Shown in pieces: positions 9,175-18,897 of a stretch of 64,000 nt of DNA. The notes beneath the pieces were generated by a model. That model was not told the origin of the DNA and ran no database searches. It saw nothing but the letters and a program-made list of their open reading frames with translations. Source of the stretch: Bacteroidia bacterium (GTDB lineage Bacteria; Bacteroidota; Bacteroidia; 2-12-FULL-35-15); the NCBI GenBank assembly GCA_045805205.1, contig JBJMLR010000009.1, forward strand, positions 197,658 through 261,657, given 5' to 3'. Position 1 is the stretch's first letter. Each line of letters begins with the position of its first letter. Position numbers and translations under genes: made by a program.

Positions 9175-10308
9175 ATGAATTGGGCTGCATTTAAAATATT
9201 TTCTATCGGACTGCTGGTGTTTGGGGTATTCGTTTTTGCCTTGCTGGTCCAGCTGTGGTACTATCTCGGTTATTTTCGCCGCCTTGCATTTTATAAGCGA
9301 ACAGAGATGCCGGAAAACACGCCTCCGGCTTCTATTGTCATTTGTGCCCGGAACGAAGATGATAACCTGGCGGAGTTCCTTCCAGCGGTGTTTGCGCAGG
9401 ATTATCCTGATTTTGAAGTGGTCGTTGTGAACGACTGCTCGTATGATAATACAGCTGATTTTCTAAAGGAGTTCGCTACAAAACATGCGAACCTCCGTAT
9501 TGTCACCATCAAAGAGGACGAGTATTATTCGCATGGAAAAAAAGTGGCGCTGATGATGGGGATCAAAGGTGCGAAAAATGAGCACATGCTGCTCACGGAT
9601 GCCGATTGTAAGCCAAACAGCAAGGACTGGCTGAAGAACATGATGCTTCATTTCAGCGGAGAGACCGAAATCGTGCTGGGCTATGGTGCATATGAAAAGC
9701 AGCCGGGCTTCCTGAATAAGATCATTCGCTTTGATACTTTCCTGATCGCGCAGCAGTTTCTGTCTTTTGCGCTCGCAGGGAAAACCTATATGGGAACGGG
9801 ACGTAACCTTGCGTACAAGAAGTCGCTGTTTTTTAAGATGAAAGGCTTTGCTTCCCATTATCATGTTGAATCCGGTGATGATGATCTTTTTGTGAATGAA
9901 GCGGCGACGAAACGCAATTCTCAGATAGAGGTGAGCGTTGAGAACCATACCATATCCCGGGTTAAAAAGACATTCAAATCCTGGTTTCGCCAGAAGCGCC
10001 GCCATGTGACCACCTTTAAGCTTTATAACGGGGCAAGTAAATTCCGGCTGACAATGATCGCCATGAGCCAGTATTTGTTCTTTATAGCCTTTGTAACGGA
10101 ACTCGTACTGCAATTTCAGCCGGTTGTCGTGTTGTCGCTATTTGCTTTGCGATTATTGATACAAATGATTATCTTTAACAAGTCGATGAAACAGCTGGCT
10201 GAAAAGGACCTTTTGTTCCTTGCTCCGGTCATCGAGATCATCTTAATGGCAGTTTATCCCATGATCACGTTCTCTAACCTGTTCATGAAAAAAAATAAAT
10301 GGAAATAG
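9175..10308 (+). CDS. membrane-bound family-2 glycosyltransferase
   Basis: SIVICARNEDDNLAEFLP ... VVVVNDCSYDNT (GT2 DxD region). N- and C-terminal TM helices. Confidence 0.7.
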   Translation: MNWAAFKIFSIGLLVFGVFVFALLVQLWYYLGYFRRLAFYKRTEMPENTPPASIVICARNEDDNLAEFLPAVFAQDYPDFEVVVVNDCSYDNTADFLKEFATKHANLRIVTIKEDEYYSHGKKVALMMGIKGAKNEHMLLTDADCKPNSKDWLKNMMLHFSGETEIVLGYGAYEKQPGFLNKIIRFDTFLIAQQFLSFALAGKTYMGTGRNLAYKKSLFFKMKGFASHYHVESGDDDLFVNEAATKRNSQIEVSVENHTISRVKKTFKSWFRQKRRHVTTFKLYNGASKFRLTMIAMSQYLFFIAFVTELVLQFQPVVVLSLFALRLLIQMIIFNKSMKQLAEKDLLFLAPVIEIILMAVYPMITFSNLFMKKNKWK

Positions 10309-10314
10309 TACCTT

Positions 10315-10932
10315 ATGGACGAATTAGAATTTGACTCGAATCTCTCAGTAAAGGCGGTACACGATTATCACCTGATCCGTGCCGCGCTCGATAACGGAGA
10401 TCAGAAGGCTTATGCCGAGCTGATGGGTCGCTACCGCGATTCGGTCTATTTTATGCTGCTCAAAATGGTCAACAATAAGGATGATGCGGATGATCTGACC
10501 ATTGAAGCATTCGGAAAAGCATTCAAGCGCCTGAGCCAGTACACACCAAATTATGCGTTCAGCACCTGGCTGTTTAAGATCGCATCCAATAACTGCATCG
10601 ATTTCATCCGTCGGAAGAAAATGACGACTTTCTCGATCGATAAAACCTTCGAGAATGATGAAGGAGGCGAGATGAATATGGATATCAAAGCGGAAGGGCT
10701 CAACCCGGAGGAGAACATGGTGAAGAAGCAAAAGGTAAAGCACATGCGGGAAGTAGTGGAGAAGCTGAAGCCGCGTTACCGTGTACTTGTGGAGATGCGT
10801 TATTTCGAAGAGCTCTCTTACGAGGAAATCGCAGAGAAGCTGGAATTGCCGCTGGGAACTGTGAAAGCGCAGCTGTTTCGCGCACGTGAGTTTCTTGCGA
10901 ATATCCTTAAGAATTCGAATGGGAAAATTTGA
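10315..10932 (+). CDS. sigma-70-family (ECF-type) RNA polymerase sigma factor
   Basis: Region 2 (YFMLLKMVNNKDDADDLTIEAFGKAF...STWLFKIASNNCIDFIRRKK) and region 4 (LSYEEIAEKLELPLGTVKAQLFRAR) are both present. Confidence 0.7.
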   Translation: MDELEFDSNLSVKAVHDYHLIRAALDNGDQKAYAELMGRYRDSVYFMLLKMVNNKDDADDLTIEAFGKAFKRLSQYTPNYAFSTWLFKIASNNCIDFIRRKKMTTFSIDKTFENDEGGEMNMDIKAEGLNPEENMVKKQKVKHMREVVEKLKPRYRVLVEMRYFEELSYEEIAEKLELPLGTVKAQLFRAREFLANILKNSNGKI

Positions 10933-11105
10933 CGGAATGGAGTGATCGAGTAATCAGGTGATAAGAGGGATAGCGTAAAGTGGGGAGGATAAAGTGTTAT
11001 GTGTACATCCCTTTCGATAGGTAGCTCTTTAAGATACTTTGCCTCTTTATCGTTTTACGATAATATTTCCCGGTTCACTTTTTCCTCTATTCCTTATCAC
11101 GATAT

Positions 11106-11732
11106 ATGTCTGTCGAAATAATCAAGAAGTACTTTCCCGGAATTACTGATCATCAGTACCAACAATTTTCTGAATTACAATCTCTTTACGAATATTGGAA
11201 TGCGCAGATCAACGTGATCTCGCGCAAGGATATCGATCTGCTGTATGAAAGACATGTGCTGCATTCGCTGGGTATCGCGAAAGTAATGCAGTTCTCAGCC
11301 GGAACGAATGTGATGGATGTTGGCTGTGGTGGTGGGTTTCCGGGTATTCCGCTCGCGATCCTCTTTCCTGAAGCGAACTTCCTGCTGGTGGATTCCATCG
11401 GCAAAAAAATAAAGGTTGTGAATGAAGTTGCTTCTGCGATCGGGTTGAAGAACCTGAAAGGAGAGCACAAACGTGCTGAAGAAGTAAAAGAGAAATTTGA
11501 ATTTATTGTCAGCCGTGCCGTAACCGAGTTCCCTGTTTTTTACCGATGGGTTCAGAATAAATTCAGCAAAAATCAATTCAATCCATTGCCGAATGGGATC
11601 CTGTATCTGAAAGGCGGTGATCTTTCAGAAGAATTCAAAGCTTTTCAGAAAAGAGCGGCCTTTTATGATCTGAAAGAATATTATTCAGAAGCGTTTTTCG
11701 AGACGAAGAAAGTGGTTTATGTGGGTGTTTAG
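11106..11732 (+). CDS. rsmG: 16S rRNA (guanine527-N7)-methyltransferase
   Basis: GidB-like. SAM motif VMDVGCGGGFPGIPLAILFPE and the LVDSIGKKIKV pattern. Confidence 0.85.
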   Translation: MSVEIIKKYFPGITDHQYQQFSELQSLYEYWNAQINVISRKDIDLLYERHVLHSLGIAKVMQFSAGTNVMDVGCGGGFPGIPLAILFPEANFLLVDSIGKKIKVVNEVASAIGLKNLKGEHKRAEEVKEKFEFIVSRAVTEFPVFYRWVQNKFSKNQFNPLPNGILYLKGGDLSEEFKAFQKRAAFYDLKEYYSEAFFETKKVVYVGV

Positions 11733-11733
11733 C

Positions 11734-11808
11734 GTGTTAAAGTGTTAAGGTGTTTGAGTGTTAAGGTGTTTAAAGTGTTTGAGTGTTAAAGTGTCAGGGT
11801 GTTGTAGT
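11734..11808. repeat. degenerate tandem repeat GTGTTWARR (about 9 units)
   Basis: gtgttaaagtgttaaggtgtttgagtgttaaggtgtttaaagtgtttgagtgttaaagtgtcagggtgttgtagtg. Confidence 0.7.
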
Positions 11809-11836
11809 GCCTATGTGTGCTTATCCGGATCATAGT

Positions 11837-12238
11837 ATGAAATTCTATGTGAATGTTTCAGTTCTGTTGGTTACGCTCTGCATGCTCGTATGCTGCGCGC
11901 CGCCACTGAAACACATGAAGCGTCCGGCAGAGATCCGGTACTATATTGTGGGGAGGATCAGGACTGCTGAGATTCCGGAGCCCGTCTTTAATGTAGCAGT
12001 GGATTCTCTCGATCCGATACTGGTCGAAAAACCCATAAGACTGAAGATTACCGATGCTGAACACTTTGAGATCGCATACCAGATCAACGGCGTTGAAGCA
12101 AGGAAACAGGGTTATTTCGGGAAAGATCTTAAGACTCCGGATCTGCAGCTGAATGTCACACTCACAGTGGAGCCCGACAGCGCCGGATTGCACGCGCTGA
12201 AAGATATTGATTTCGCATTTTCAGTGAAAGGAGAATGA
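11837..12238 (+). CDS. hypothetical lipoprotein
   Basis: An internal ATG gives MKFYVNVSVLLVTLCMLVCCAP, a signal peptide with a Cys. The ORF-track start at 11783 is likely too far upstream. Confidence 0.35.
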   Translation: MKFYVNVSVLLVTLCMLVCCAPPLKHMKRPAEIRYYIVGRIRTAEIPEPVFNVAVDSLDPILVEKPIRLKITDAEHFEIAYQINGVEARKQGYFGKDLKTPDLQLNVTLTVEPDSAGLHALKDIDFAFSVKGE

Positions 12239-12239
12239 G

Positions 12240-13883
12240 CTATCTGAGGATCAGTTTTTTTCTGCTTGCATGATCTCCTGAGCTGCATTCAATAAAATAA
12301 ATGCCTCTTGACTCTCCTTCCAGTTGGATTTCCTCTTTGTTCAGACTCGTTTGTTTTTTCAGGATGCATCTTCCAAGGTTGTCGGTAATCTTGACCGTTT
12401 TCGGACCCGGATCACTCATAGCGATACTGAAAACATCAGAAGCAGGATTCGGTGAAATGACAAATCCGTTTTTTTCATCGTTTGCCGGAACCGATGCCAT
12501 ACTTTCAGAAATTTTGGCTACAAACAGGTTTCCACTTCCGCTTGAATTGTAAAATGTCGTACTTCCAAAAGTAATGAAAGCGCTGGTAAAATGTCCGGTA
12601 GTGAAGATCGCGTTGGTTCCGGTCGATGTCACATCCTCACACCAGTCGGGGTTGCCGCCGCCAACGGATTGCACCCAGGAAAGCGTACCATCACTTTCAT
12701 ATTTTGCGAGAAAGCCGTCCTCCGACCCGGAGCTGCCTCCGTGGTTAAAAAGACCGGTACCCCCGAATGCAACCGGGTTGCTGGTGAAGGCACCGCAGAT
12801 GTAAGGATTGTCAGCGCTGTCGACCGTTAAGCCGATCCCGAGATCATAATCGTTCCCTCCGGCACTTGTTGCCCAAAGTGTATTTCCGGACGGATCCATT
12901 TTGGCAAGGATTATATCGTCCGAAGGAGGACTGACATTCGTAAGATTATAGCTGTCAAACGCAATGGAGCTGCCGCCGAAGCCTCCCGTAAAATAAACAT
13001 TTGCCGAGCCATCACATTTTATCGCACGGCTCCAGTTATTTCCGGCCGATCCGTATTCCTTTGCCCAGAGTGCTGTTCCGGAAGAGTTGTATTTTGCAAG
13101 ATAGATGTGTGCATATGTGTCGGAGGTGGATACGGTGTAGGCGCCGAATGTGCTGCTATTCTTATATCGCCCGGTGATCAGGACATTTCCCGCAACATCG
13201 GTACAGACTCCGTTGGCCTCATGTCCGTTGCTGCTTCCCGAGCTTCGTCCCCAGAGTCCGGCTCCGGACGGATCAACTTTTAACAGGAAGATATTATAGT
13301 CGGGACCGGCTGGCGGGATATTGACGGTATCATAAATGGCGCTTCCGCCGTCGAATGAGCCGGTTATATATACGTTAACGCCATCCGTCGCGATTCCATT
13401 GGTCATGAGATCAAAATTCGAAATAGCTTTTACCCAAACGACATTTCCGCTTCCATCCAGCTTCAGAATAAAACCATTGGTCAGGCCGCTGGCCGGACTC
13501 TTGTGCAGCATAAAAGAACCAAAAGCAAGCGAATCGCTGAAGAAGTACCCTGTCACATAGATATTACCGCTGGCATCAGCAACTACGTCCTGTGCAAGCT
13601 CCTCAAGGTAATTGCCAAATGCCTTCGCCCACATGAAGTTCCCGGAGCCATCGTATTTGGCGACGAAAATATCATATCCGCCGGCTCCTGTTATTGTGGT
13701 TCCGCCGAAATCCATGGTCGGACTAGTGAAGCCACCAGCCAGGACAAGGTTCCCCGAAGGGTCGTGTGCAATGTGCTCATAAAGTGTAGCGCACTGAGCG
13801 GATCTTGCCCAGTTCCATGTTGGCGTTTGTGCAGTAAGGAAATGAGAAATAAAAAGGCACAGCAGGAGTAAATTTTTTTTCAT
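12240..13883 (-). CDS. SBBP-type beta-propeller repeat protein with a T9SS C-terminal sorting domain
   Basis: Signal peptide. Repeated SGN..(V/I)TG.F motifs. C-terminus ISPNPASDVFSIA...IYFIEC... matches the Por/T9SS CTD pattern. Confidence 0.6.
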   Translation of the reverse strand: MKKNLLLLCLFISHFLTAQTPTWNWARSAQCATLYEHIAHDPSGNLVLAGGFTSPTMDFGGTTITGAGGYDIFVAKYDGSGNFMWAKAFGNYLEELAQDVVADASGNIYVTGYFFSDSLAFGSFMLHKSPASGLTNGFILKLDGSGNVVWVKAISNFDLMTNGIATDGVNVYITGSFDGGSAIYDTVNIPPAGPDYNIFLLKVDPSGAGLWGRSSGSSNGHEANGVCTDVAGNVLITGRYKNSSTFGAYTVSTSDTYAHIYLAKYNSSGTALWAKEYGSAGNNWSRAIKCDGSANVYFTGGFGGSSIAFDSYNLTNVSPPSDDIILAKMDPSGNTLWATSAGGNDYDLGIGLTVDSADNPYICGAFTSNPVAFGGTGLFNHGGSSGSEDGFLAKYESDGTLSWVQSVGGGNPDWCEDVTSTGTNAIFTTGHFTSAFITFGSTTFYNSSGSGNLFVAKISESMASVPANDEKNGFVISPNPASDVFSIAMSDPGPKTVKITDNLGRCILKKQTSLNKEEIQLEGESRGIYFIECSSGDHASRKKLILR

Positions 13884-13992
13884 GGCTTCTGTTTTTATTC
13901 AGAAACCTAAATTTTAATGCCATAGTTGACATAGGTCAATAAAACGAGACCCTTACGGAATGGAATTTTATAATGCTTGTCCCGGTACCTTT

Positions 13993-14238
13993 TTATAAAA
14001 ATCTTACCGACATGTGGCAGCCTTGTTTTCTGTATTTGACCAGGAAAGGAAATCTTCTGACCCACATCCATTTTTTAACTTTCGGTGTGGGAGCTTTCTG
14101 GCAGTCTCTCGGCCGGCCGGGCTCAATGATGCTTGTGCTTGTCTGCACTTGCGGTTTGCCTTTGCCTACCTGCGCATGAGAGAATGTAGTGAGAGAAAAA
14201 AAGAGAATGAAGAGGAGGAGAAGTTTTTTTGTTTTCAT
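13993..14238 (-). CDS. small secreted hypothetical protein
   Basis: 81 aa with a plausible signal peptide (MKTKKLLLLFILFFSLTTFSHAQ). No homology support, so it may be spurious. Confidence 0.25.
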   Translation of the reverse strand: MKTKKLLLLFILFFSLTTFSHAQVGKGKPQVQTSTSIIEPGRPRDCQKAPTPKVKKWMWVRRFPFLVKYRKQGCHMSVRFL

Positions 14239-14342
14239 ACCTCTATAACGGATCGCTTCCTGAAAGGTACAACTCTATAAAAAACAAAAGCCTTCCATTA
14301 TCAGGAAGGCCTTTGCCCGGGTAGTTATTATTGATTCATGTA

Positions 14343-16211
14343 TTATCTCACGATGCTGATCTTTTTGATCACAGTTCCTTCATTCGTTTTACAGCTCAGG
14401 GTATAGATGCCTTCGGCAAAAGTGCCTGCATCGATCACTGTTGTATTAGTAAAAGGAGTTTGTGAGCTGTATACGATCTGCCCGATCGCGTTGCTGATCG
14501 TCATGCTTTTTACCTCTTTGCCGCTTACGGTAATATTGATGAGATCAGTTGCCGGATTCGGGTAAACGGATACTGAATTGTCCAATGCATTTTCGTCAAT
14601 TCCTGTCAGGATATTTGCCATATCTCCAACCAGGTTGATCGGTCGGAAGATCTCCGTGATCCCTGCGGTTGCGCCGCCATACATCTGCGTTGATAATATT
14701 TTAGATGAGCCGGCGAGTCCGAGTGACAATAAACCTGCTGACGCGGTTGGCTTGATCGTTAATGTAATTGTTCCGATCTGCCCGGATCCGTTTAATACCT
14801 GTGTTTTATCATAACGTACTACCGCAGCGTCGATCTTGCCTGAAGCGTAATTGTCTTTGGTGATCATCAATTCGTTCGATGCATTTCCGAGCCAGTTGGT
14901 GGAAAGGTTTACGGAAACGGAGCCAGCGACGATCTGAGAAGGATCATAATTTATGGTGAAGGAATACCCGTAAAGTGTTCCGATCGGTTTTGCAGATGAC
15001 CCAAGATAGATCGGTGCGGTTACGGTTGTTCCTGCATAGGCAGAAGCTCCCGCGAACTGGATATACATTGTAGGATCAGCAGCAGTTGCTTCCGGCATTG
15101 CAGAAACGTTATTGTGTGTGTTATGACGCATGCCGTAGTTTGCATTGATCGCCGTCATGTCGCTGTTGTTGATCGTGCTGTCGCCATTGCTGTCGGCATA
15201 CTTCATGTTCAGAAGATCCTGGAGGTACATGAAATCGCTGAAGAAATTCGGCCAGTCAGTACAAGGCTGTGAAGTAAAGCTATTGCTTGCGGACGGACGT
15301 GCAGTTCCGGTTTGTCCATAATACATTCCCAGCGGAAAAATATCTTCCATATTTACTTCCCCGTCGCGGTTACAATCTCCGGCCCACACGCTGCAGTCGG
15401 AAACGATCTTCACTCCGTAGGTAGTATCGGTAGAAACGCCGTCGGAAATGATCACACGTGCAACATACGTTCCGAGCGCGCTGTAAAGGTGCTTAGGAGT
15501 TGCGGCAGTAGACGTATTTGCTGCTCCTGATGCAGGATCGCCGAAGTCCCAGTTATAGGATGTTGGAGTGCCGGTGTAATATACGGACATCATTGTGGAG
15601 TCGCCATAGCAGTTGCCGTTGATGTTTGAATACATGGTCGCATCGAGGCAATTCACAGCAACATTGATCAGCTGTGTTGATGTATCTGCCATCGATCCGC
15701 TGGTAGTAATGAGTGTTACGAGATAAGAGCCCGGACCCGGATAAAGGTGATAAGGAGCCGAAGCAGTGGAAGTATTATTTACTCCTGATGCAGGATCGCC
15801 GAAATTCCAGGAAGGAGTTCCGCCGCCGATGCTTTCATCGGTAAAATACATATAGTTGGAACCACCGCACCGGCTGCTGAAATCAGCCCCGAAGCAGTTG
15901 GTCCCTACCGTAATGATCTGTGTCTGGTAATCCCACTCAGCTCCTATGTTTACAAATAAGGTTACATAGTAAGTACCGGCAACAGGATACACGTGAAAGG
16001 TTGCAGTGTCGTGGTTAATGTTGACCATGGAAGTTGAATCGCCGAAATCCCAGGTATAAATCGCCATTTGGTCCTGTGCATAGAACCAAACCGTATCTCC
16101 CGCACAGGCGTTTGTGTGAGAGAAGGTTGCATTACATGCTTTTGCGGCATTTGCGCCGACGAAAAAAGCGACTAAGGCAACCAGCGTTTTTAAGAGTGTA
16201 AGTTTTTTCAT
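14343..16211 (-). CDS. PKD-domain protein with dockerin-like and cohesin-like segments and a T9SS C-terminal sorting domain
   Basis: Three WDFGD/NFGDP PKD signatures. CNRDGEVNMEDIF is a dockerin-like Ca-binding loop. C-terminus VYPNPATDLINI...GIYTLSCKT is a T9SS CTD. Confidence 0.65.
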   Translation of the reverse strand: MKKLTLLKTLVALVAFFVGANAAKACNATFSHTNACAGDTVWFYAQDQMAIYTWDFGDSTSMVNINHDTATFHVYPVAGTYYVTLFVNIGAEWDYQTQIITVGTNCFGADFSSRCGGSNYMYFTDESIGGGTPSWNFGDPASGVNNTSTASAPYHLYPGPGSYLVTLITTSGSMADTSTQLINVAVNCLDATMYSNINGNCYGDSTMMSVYYTGTPTSYNWDFGDPASGAANTSTAATPKHLYSALGTYVARVIISDGVSTDTTYGVKIVSDCSVWAGDCNRDGEVNMEDIFPLGMYYGQTGTARPSASNSFTSQPCTDWPNFFSDFMYLQDLLNMKYADSNGDSTINNSDMTAINANYGMRHNTHNNVSAMPEATAADPTMYIQFAGASAYAGTTVTAPIYLGSSAKPIGTLYGYSFTINYDPSQIVAGSVSVNLSTNWLGNASNELMITKDNYASGKIDAAVVRYDKTQVLNGSGQIGTITLTIKPTASAGLLSLGLAGSSKILSTQMYGGATAGITEIFRPINLVGDMANILTGIDENALDNSVSVYPNPATDLINITVSGKEVKSMTISNAIGQIVYSSQTPFTNTTVIDAGTFAEGIYTLSCKTNEGTVIKKISIVR

Positions 16212-16290
16212 TATATTATATAGTTAGAGTAGTTTATAAATAATGTTCAGTTTGATATTGAGATGTTTGGAAATCAATTTTAGTTGCATG

Positions 16291-16330
16291 GAGGGAAAAA
16301 AAAGGGGGAAGGGGAAAAAGAAAAAGGTGG
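16291..16330. repeat. ~40-nt pure polypurine tract
   Basis: ggagggaaaaaaaagggggaaggggaaaaaaaaaaggtgg lies between convergent genes. Confidence 0.8.
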
Positions 16331-16345
16331 CTGGAATTTACTCAT

Positions 16346-16395
16346 CCAGTCACCTAATCACTTAATCACCTAGTCACCCAATCACTAGTCACCCA
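16346..16395. repeat. degenerate 8-bp tandem repeat (GTRAYTRG family, reverse orientation) abutting the ABC transporter stop
   Basis: ccagtcacctaatcacttaatcacctagtcacccaatcactagtcaccc. Confidence 0.75.
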
Positions 16396-18255
16396 TCAAG
16401 CCAGCTGCATCTGCATATTGCTCAGGCTGCGGTACAATCCGTTATCGAGGTTCATGAGTTGTTCGTGGGTGCCGACTTCCTTAACCGTACCTTTTTCAAT
16501 CACAACGATCTTATCGGCTTTGCGGATCGTGGACAAACGGTGAGCAATTACGAAAGATGTTCTGCCAACCATCAGCTTGTCGAGCGCTTCCTGAACTACG
16601 CGTTCAGATTCAGAATCCAATGAGCTGGTCGCTTCATCTAAAATAAGAATGCTTGGATCTTTCAACACGGCTCTTGCAATTGCTATCCGCTGACGTTGTC
16701 CGCCGGAGAGCTTAATTCCGCGTTCGCCGACAACGGTTTCAAATTTTTCAGGAAATATATCGATGAACTCGAGTGCATTTGCTTTTCTTGCTGCTTCAAC
16801 GATCTCGGCAATGGTAGCATCCGGTTTTCCGTAAGCGATATTTTCTTTGATCGTACCGCCGAATAATAATACATCCTGGGGAACGATCGCCATGTTGTTT
16901 CTCAATTCCGTGAGTGAATAGCTTTTTGCATCTTTATCATCAATATAGAGTGTTCCCTTTTCAGGATCATAGAAACGAAGCAGTAAGCTGATCAGCGTAG
17001 ACTTTCCGGAACCGCTCGGTCCGACCACGGCAATCGTCTCTCCTTTTTTCGCAGTCAATGTGATATCTCTTAATACCTGGATCTCCTTACGGGAAGGATA
17101 AGTGAATGCGACGTTCTCGAAACGTACATTTCCATTTACCCGGGTAATGTCCTTGTGTGCTGCAGTAATATCCAACGGCTCCGGTTTCTCATCGAGGATA
17201 TCAAAGACACGCTCGACCGATCCGATCGCTTTCTGGAGCTGTGCGTACAGCTCGGCAATACCACCGAAGGAAGCACCTACGAAAGCGGAATACATAATGA
17301 ATGAAACCAGATCACCTGTCTCCAGCTGGTGCTGCTGAGCCAGGTAAACACCGTACCAGATCACCGCGACGATAGAACCAAAAAGGCAGAAGATAATAAA
17401 GGATGCAAAAGCACCACGGTATTTACCTCCTTTGATCGCGTTGTGAATGATCTCCTCGGTGCTCTTTTTATAACGCGCATTTTCGAAGAACTCATTTGCA
17501 AATGCTTTTACATTGGTGATTCCCTGCAATGTTTCTTCGATCACCGTGTTCGATTCGGCAATTTTTTCCTGCACATTCTTGGACGTTTTGCGGATGAACC
17601 TTCCGAATATAACAGCAGATGCGGCAACAACGGGAACGATGGCCAGCATGAGCAAGGTCAGCTTCGGCGAGATCACCAGCAACAGGAAGATGCCTCCGAA
17701 GATCAGCATGAACTGCCGCAGGAATTCAGCGATGGTCGTTGTGAGTGTATCCTGGATCTGGGCGATATCGGCGGACATACGGCTATTGAGATCACCTACA
17801 CGCTGCTGCACAAAGAAGCTCATCGGAAGAGAGATGAGGTGAGCATATACAGCCTGGCGAAGAGAAGCGAGTGTGTTTTCGGTGTAGTTGACAAAAAGAT
17901 AAATGCGGAAATAAGAGAATACGGATTGTAAGCTGAGCACGATGAGCAGGTACAGCCCGATATCGTTCATGTTTGAAAAATACGTTTCCTGGAAATGCTT
18001 CACCGACCCGCCCATCATGCTTACACCCTGAACCGCTGTCTCCGCTTTTTTAGGATCGATCACATTGATCAGCGCACCGAGCATGATCGGAAATAATAAA
18101 GCAGTGAATGAAGTCAGGAGCAAGAATCCCAGTCCGAGGTAAAGCTTCCATTTGTGCTTCCCCGTATACTGGAATATGCGCAGTGCTTTTTTGAGTGATT
18201 CTTTATTGACTTTTGCTTTCGGGAGATCATCCGTTTCCTTAACTTTTCTTGCCAT
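16396..18255 (-). CDS. ABC transporter permease/ATP-binding protein (MsbA-like exporter)
   Basis: N-terminal six-TM domain. Walker A GPSGSGKST, signature LSGGQRQRIAIARA and Walker B ILILDEATSSLD. Confidence 0.85.
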   Translation of the reverse strand: MARKVKETDDLPKAKVNKESLKKALRIFQYTGKHKWKLYLGLGFLLLTSFTALLFPIMLGALINVIDPKKAETAVQGVSMMGGSVKHFQETYFSNMNDIGLYLLIVLSLQSVFSYFRIYLFVNYTENTLASLRQAVYAHLISLPMSFFVQQRVGDLNSRMSADIAQIQDTLTTTIAEFLRQFMLIFGGIFLLLVISPKLTLLMLAIVPVVAASAVIFGRFIRKTSKNVQEKIAESNTVIEETLQGITNVKAFANEFFENARYKKSTEEIIHNAIKGGKYRGAFASFIIFCLFGSIVAVIWYGVYLAQQHQLETGDLVSFIMYSAFVGASFGGIAELYAQLQKAIGSVERVFDILDEKPEPLDITAAHKDITRVNGNVRFENVAFTYPSRKEIQVLRDITLTAKKGETIAVVGPSGSGKSTLISLLLRFYDPEKGTLYIDDKDAKSYSLTELRNNMAIVPQDVLLFGGTIKENIAYGKPDATIAEIVEAARKANALEFIDIFPEKFETVVGERGIKLSGGQRQRIAIARAVLKDPSILILDEATSSLDSESERVVQEALDKLMVGRTSFVIAHRLSTIRKADKIVVIEKGTVKEVGTHEQLMNLDNGLYRSLSNMQMQLA

Positions 18256-18457
18256 CGCGGTAGTAATTGAGCTGCAAATTTATGTTTTTTTGAGGCTGGT
18301 TATTGCTGGAGTCCTTAATTTAAAAGATTGCTTCTCCGCCAGCCGGCGGATCGCAATGATGGTTAAGAAAGATCCTGATACTAGAGACGAACTGCCGGCT
18401 TGAATACCTTAAAAAGCTGAATTTTCCGAAAAAAAGAGGAAATTTGCAGGAAAATGC

Positions 18458-18486
18458 TTGACGGAACCGAAAATCTCTTATATTTG
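18458..18486 (+). promoter_or_regulatory. candidate Bacteroidota sigma-A promoter for rpmH (-33 TTG and -7 TATATTTG)
   Basis: cTTGacgg ... 18 nt ... TAtaTTTG about 65 nt upstream of the rpmH ATG. It matches the TAnnTTTG -7 consensus. Confidence 0.3.
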
Positions 18487-18550
18487 CAGTCCGAATTCAA
18501 TAAAAAGAATTATTAATACGTCTCAACTAATTGAGGCACAATACATAAGA

Positions 18551-18706
18551 ACATGTTACGTACGTTCCAACCATCGGTAAGAAAAAGAAAGAACAAGCAC
18601 GGTTTCCGTGAAAGAATGGCAAGTGCAAACGGCCGCCGCGTTTTGGCTAACCGTCGTGCCAAAGGAAGAAAGAAATTAACTGTTTCTGACGAAAATACCC
18701 ACAAAT
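18551..18706 (+). CDS. rpmH: 50S ribosomal protein L34
   Basis: Hand translation gives [51 protein letters not shown] (51 aa), the canonical L34 sequence. It is absent from the ORF track because it is under 60 aa. Confidence 0.85.
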
Positions 18707-18726
18707 AGTGAGACGATCAGTCAATT

Positions 18727-18758
18727 AGATATTTTAAAAATGTTCCGTAACCCGGAAC
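18727..18758 (+). terminator. rho-independent terminator after rpmH
   Basis: Hairpin aatgttccg-taacc-cggaacatt followed by TTTTTTTT. Confidence 0.55.
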
Positions 18759-18897
18759 ATTTTTTTTGTCCATACGCTACTGATAACAGTAAAATCTGTT
18801 GAAAACGGCTCATAAAATGAATCTTCAGAGCCTTTAAAAAGAGATAAATTCGTAACAGTTTTCAAATTGAATAAATACCACATTTCCAAATTAACAT

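Noticed and set aside
10938-10966. A possible further GTRAYTRG repeat after the sigma factor gene.
   Set aside because: It has only about three loose units (agtgatcgagtaatcaggtgataag). This is too weak to call a feature, so it is only mentioned in a finding.
18513-18704. A 63-aa minus-strand ORF in the ORF track.
   Set aside because: It is antisense to a perfect ribosomal protein L34 reading frame, so rpmH on the plus strand is the real gene.
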